64,000 nt of DNA from Moniliella sp. 'wahieum' (lineage: Eukaryota). The notes beneath the pieces were generated by a model. It was not told where the DNA came from, searched no databases, and worked only from the letters and a program-made list of their open reading frames with translations. Both the position numbers and the translations under genes were made by a program. The stretch is taken from positions 1 to 64,000 of the forward strand of contig RSEE01000019.1 in the NCBI GenBank assembly GCA_003971905.1, given 5' to 3'. Shown piece after piece: positions 61,140-64,000 of this stretch. Each line of letters opens with the position of its first letter. Position 1 is the stretch's first letter.

Positions 61140-64000
61140 TTACTTGGCCGCATTGACGCGTTCGCGCAACTTATTGAGGAACTGAGCGTACGACACGCCG
61201 CCCGGGTCCCGGGTCGCGATCTTCAATCAACTGGCGCAGGGCCCATTGGCGCAACGACGGGTCGCCACCTTCTTGACCACGTAAAGGGTAGGGTAGAAGG
61301 GGCCCTTGCGCGCCGTGCGAAGGTAGTCAACCAATGCACGCACCCGTACGTTCATCTTATTCTCCAGCTCGGGCAGGAGGGTCTGTGAGGCGGAATGGTA
61401 AAGGGGTCGGGTCAGTCGCCGAAACAAGGCAGGAAGAGGGGGAGGGGGGAAGGGGAAGGAGGAGAGATACGGTACCTTGCCACCAGGCACGTCGGCTTGG
61501 TTGTCCACGCCAAACACGTCAATCATGAGCTGTGGTACGGCATCGCGTCCCAACCAGAGGAACAAGGTGAGTCCATCGTCAATCAGGTACAAGCCATGCC
61601 GTTCAAACTTTTCCGATGTCAAGTTGAGCCGGGGCGGGAGGACAAAGTGGCCGCCTTGCGCGGTCTCGTCGGGGGAAGAAAGGGAGGGGAGGGGGAGGGA
61701 GACGCGACCCAAGTTCCGGCCAAAGCGGGCATGTTGTGCAACGAGTACAGATTGGGAACAAGGTAGGGGTACCCGTTCGCTTGGCAAGGTCGTCAACAAC
61801 GCCTGTGCATACGCGCGCAGATCGGGCGGCAGCTGTGCCGATTCTTTCAGTGCAGGGGTTTTGAGCAACCCAAGCACCAGCAACGGCAACAACGCCAGGT
61901 TCGAACACATGGCCAATGCTGCCGACACGCCTCCCTGAGCGCCCGTGACAGCATGTTTGTACCCGACAAAATGTCGATCAACTTGTTCAGCACAGCATCC
62001 CGAGCGTCTTCCAAGCGCGAAGAAAGCGCACGTTCAATGCTCTTGTTGGCCAAGAGCATAGTGATCGCTTGTTGGTCCGCCGAGGCGTACACGTCGCTCA
62101 AGTTGGTGGTGGTGGGCAAGGCCAGGTTGATCACGCGAATCCGACGTTCGCCAAACGACGTTGAGTGTAGCAACACGGCCTGGAACAGACGAGCGGGGTA
62201 GTGATGTTTTCCTCAATTTCGCACTCCACCGCATAGTTTTGGTCGAGCGGCACAGCGGACATGGCGAGCAAGTCGGAGGAACGAACGAAAAAGTTACCGT
62301 GAAAGGCGGTGGGACGGATGCCGCGGGAATGCGGACGCGCAAGATGGCCTCGAGACCAATGGGCGAACCAAGCACCTTACTAAGCTCAGTGTGGAACTTG
62401 GTGGCTTCCTCGGCGTTGCAGCGTTAAAGCCAGGGTAGAAAAACGTTTCGCCACCCGTGTAACGGGGCAAGCAAGCCAAACTTGCCACATCCGTGTACCG
62501 CGAACTGAACAGCCACATATCCACCGACACTTGAGCCCGAGCACAATCAATCGGGAAGGTTTTGTAAACTGCGAGCCGGCTTGGAGCAAGCTCGATTCCT
62601 TGGCCGTGCCAAGCAACTTGGGATCGTCCCGGACCTTGAGCGGACCCAGGCCCAATGTAGGCAACGTCGAGGTCAGTGTCACGATTTTCCCGCCCGTAGG
62701 GCTAACCAGTTGGAATGCCGCCTGGAGTGCCGAGCCCATCCCCGACCCCACCTGGGTCGAAGCGGCAAACATGTCCGGGAAGCCTTGGAGCAAAGCTTCG
62801 ATCCCAGCCCTGGCACAAGTTCATCAGAATGTCGGTGGGTTTAGGCAAGAAAGGGTCGTCGAGGTCAGACACGACGAGGATTTCAGGGTCGGAGCGGCCT
62901 TCTGCACACTAAACACGTGCAAAGCTTGGTCAACCGCAATAAAGCCAACGCGGGTACGGCCGTCGGCATTGGGGATGTCATCAAGCGAGTCCAGGATGGT
63001 TTGGGCGGCAAGAGCGGCCATGCCGTTGCGGATGCTATCGACCGTCACGTCGATAAGAAAGACGTAGGTGGGCGCTTGAGGAGAGCGAACCATGTACTCC
63101 CTCGGCGCGATGAACTCGACAACGGCACTGTTGAGTTCCGGACGGGTACGCCGATCCCGTGGCTGGTTCGTCTCGTGATCCCAGTCAAATGTGCTGGGAA
63201 CTTCGTTGCCGATCCCACAGATGGTGCACTTCCACCGATTGCCATTGTCGGTAAACTGGACAAAGGGGTTGATGTACGCGCGACACTTTCGGCACCGCAC
63301 AATGATCGGTTCATCCACCACGGCACCTGGTCCACTAGCGGTACGTCCGTCGACCCCGGTGGCGGGAGGCGATTGGGGGTCAAGATCAAGCCGAGCGGAT
63401 GTTGGTCTTGGCCAGCAGCGTTGCCGTGGTTGGGATGGCAGCGAGCGTGCACCGCTGCCACACCGGGTCCGCATTGACGACGGGGCTCGTGGTCAAGGTG
63501 GCGTAAGAAGGAAGTTTGGGTGAAGGCGGGCGGGCGTCGGAGGCATATGGGTCGGGAGCCATGCCGCTCAAATTAACCGTCGACAGCGCAGGGCCTTGGG
63601 GAGGGAGGAAGCCATTGCCATCCATCCCACCTGGTGCCATACCCATGGGAGCAGGGGCGCCATTGGGAGCAAGGTGCATGCCGGCCATCTGGTGCGCCAA
63701 GGCACTGGGATCGTGCCCGCCCATGGCGGGCATGCCTGCCGGCATGCCGGCAAAGTCGCTGGCAGGGAGCGGGGCGACGCCATACGCAGCCGCCTCATTG
63801 ACAGCCTGCGAAGGCATGACCGCCGGTGTATCCGGCGCACCGGGGGTGAAATTTCGGGCTGGCCGCTCATAGCAGGTGCGCCGTACCCCGAAGGCGGCGG
63901 GCCCGAGAAGGGGAAGCCGCCGCGCCGGCCTGCGGCTGCATGGGATGAGACGGAGGGGCGCAGACGGGCCAGGCGGGACCATGCCCATGGGCGCGGGCGT
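61140..64000 (-). CDS. SEC24: COPII cargo adaptor Sec24 (5' end outside the window)
   Basis: Zinc finger [12 protein letters not shown]...[43 protein letters not shown]; gelsolin-like [12 protein letters not shown]; ends [16 protein letters not shown]. Confidence 0.96.

Noticed and set aside
1..64000. Many long overlapping and antisense ORFs; programmed frameshifting; CRISPR, rRNA, tRNA, transposases
   Set aside because: Shadow ORFs reflect high GC. Frameshifts lack consistent slippery sites. No repeat-spacer array, RNA gene or RT/DDE motif was recognised.

Overview
GC-rich, compact fungal DNA. It is most likely a smut-related basidiomycete (Ustilaginomycotina), judged from an Rrm4 ortholog, a bE-type homeodomain gene and short GT..CTRAC..YAG introns. 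Nearly every gene, essential ones included, is broken by single-base indels, so the assembly looks unpolished and gene ends are approximate. Gene order: rrm4(+), MAK16(-), API5-like(+), DHA1 MFS transporter(+), NSP1(+), HD1/bE-like mating-type homeodomain gene(+), roadblock/LAMTOR2-like(-), divergent LETM1/Mdm38-like(+), hypothetical(+), Whi5/Nrm1-like(-), Mak31/Naa38-like LSm(+), SLA1(+), RPS14(-), a ~14 kb gene-poor lower-GC island holding a degenerate HSF-domain gene(-), CTR9(+), long uL23m/MRP20(-), HEM13(-), SEC24(-, runs off the window). The main finding is the HD1 (bE-like) gene. Its homeodomain is invisible in the ORF track, and it has no divergently transcribed HD2 (bW) partner beside it. 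All family assignments come from motifs I recognise by eye, not from database searches.
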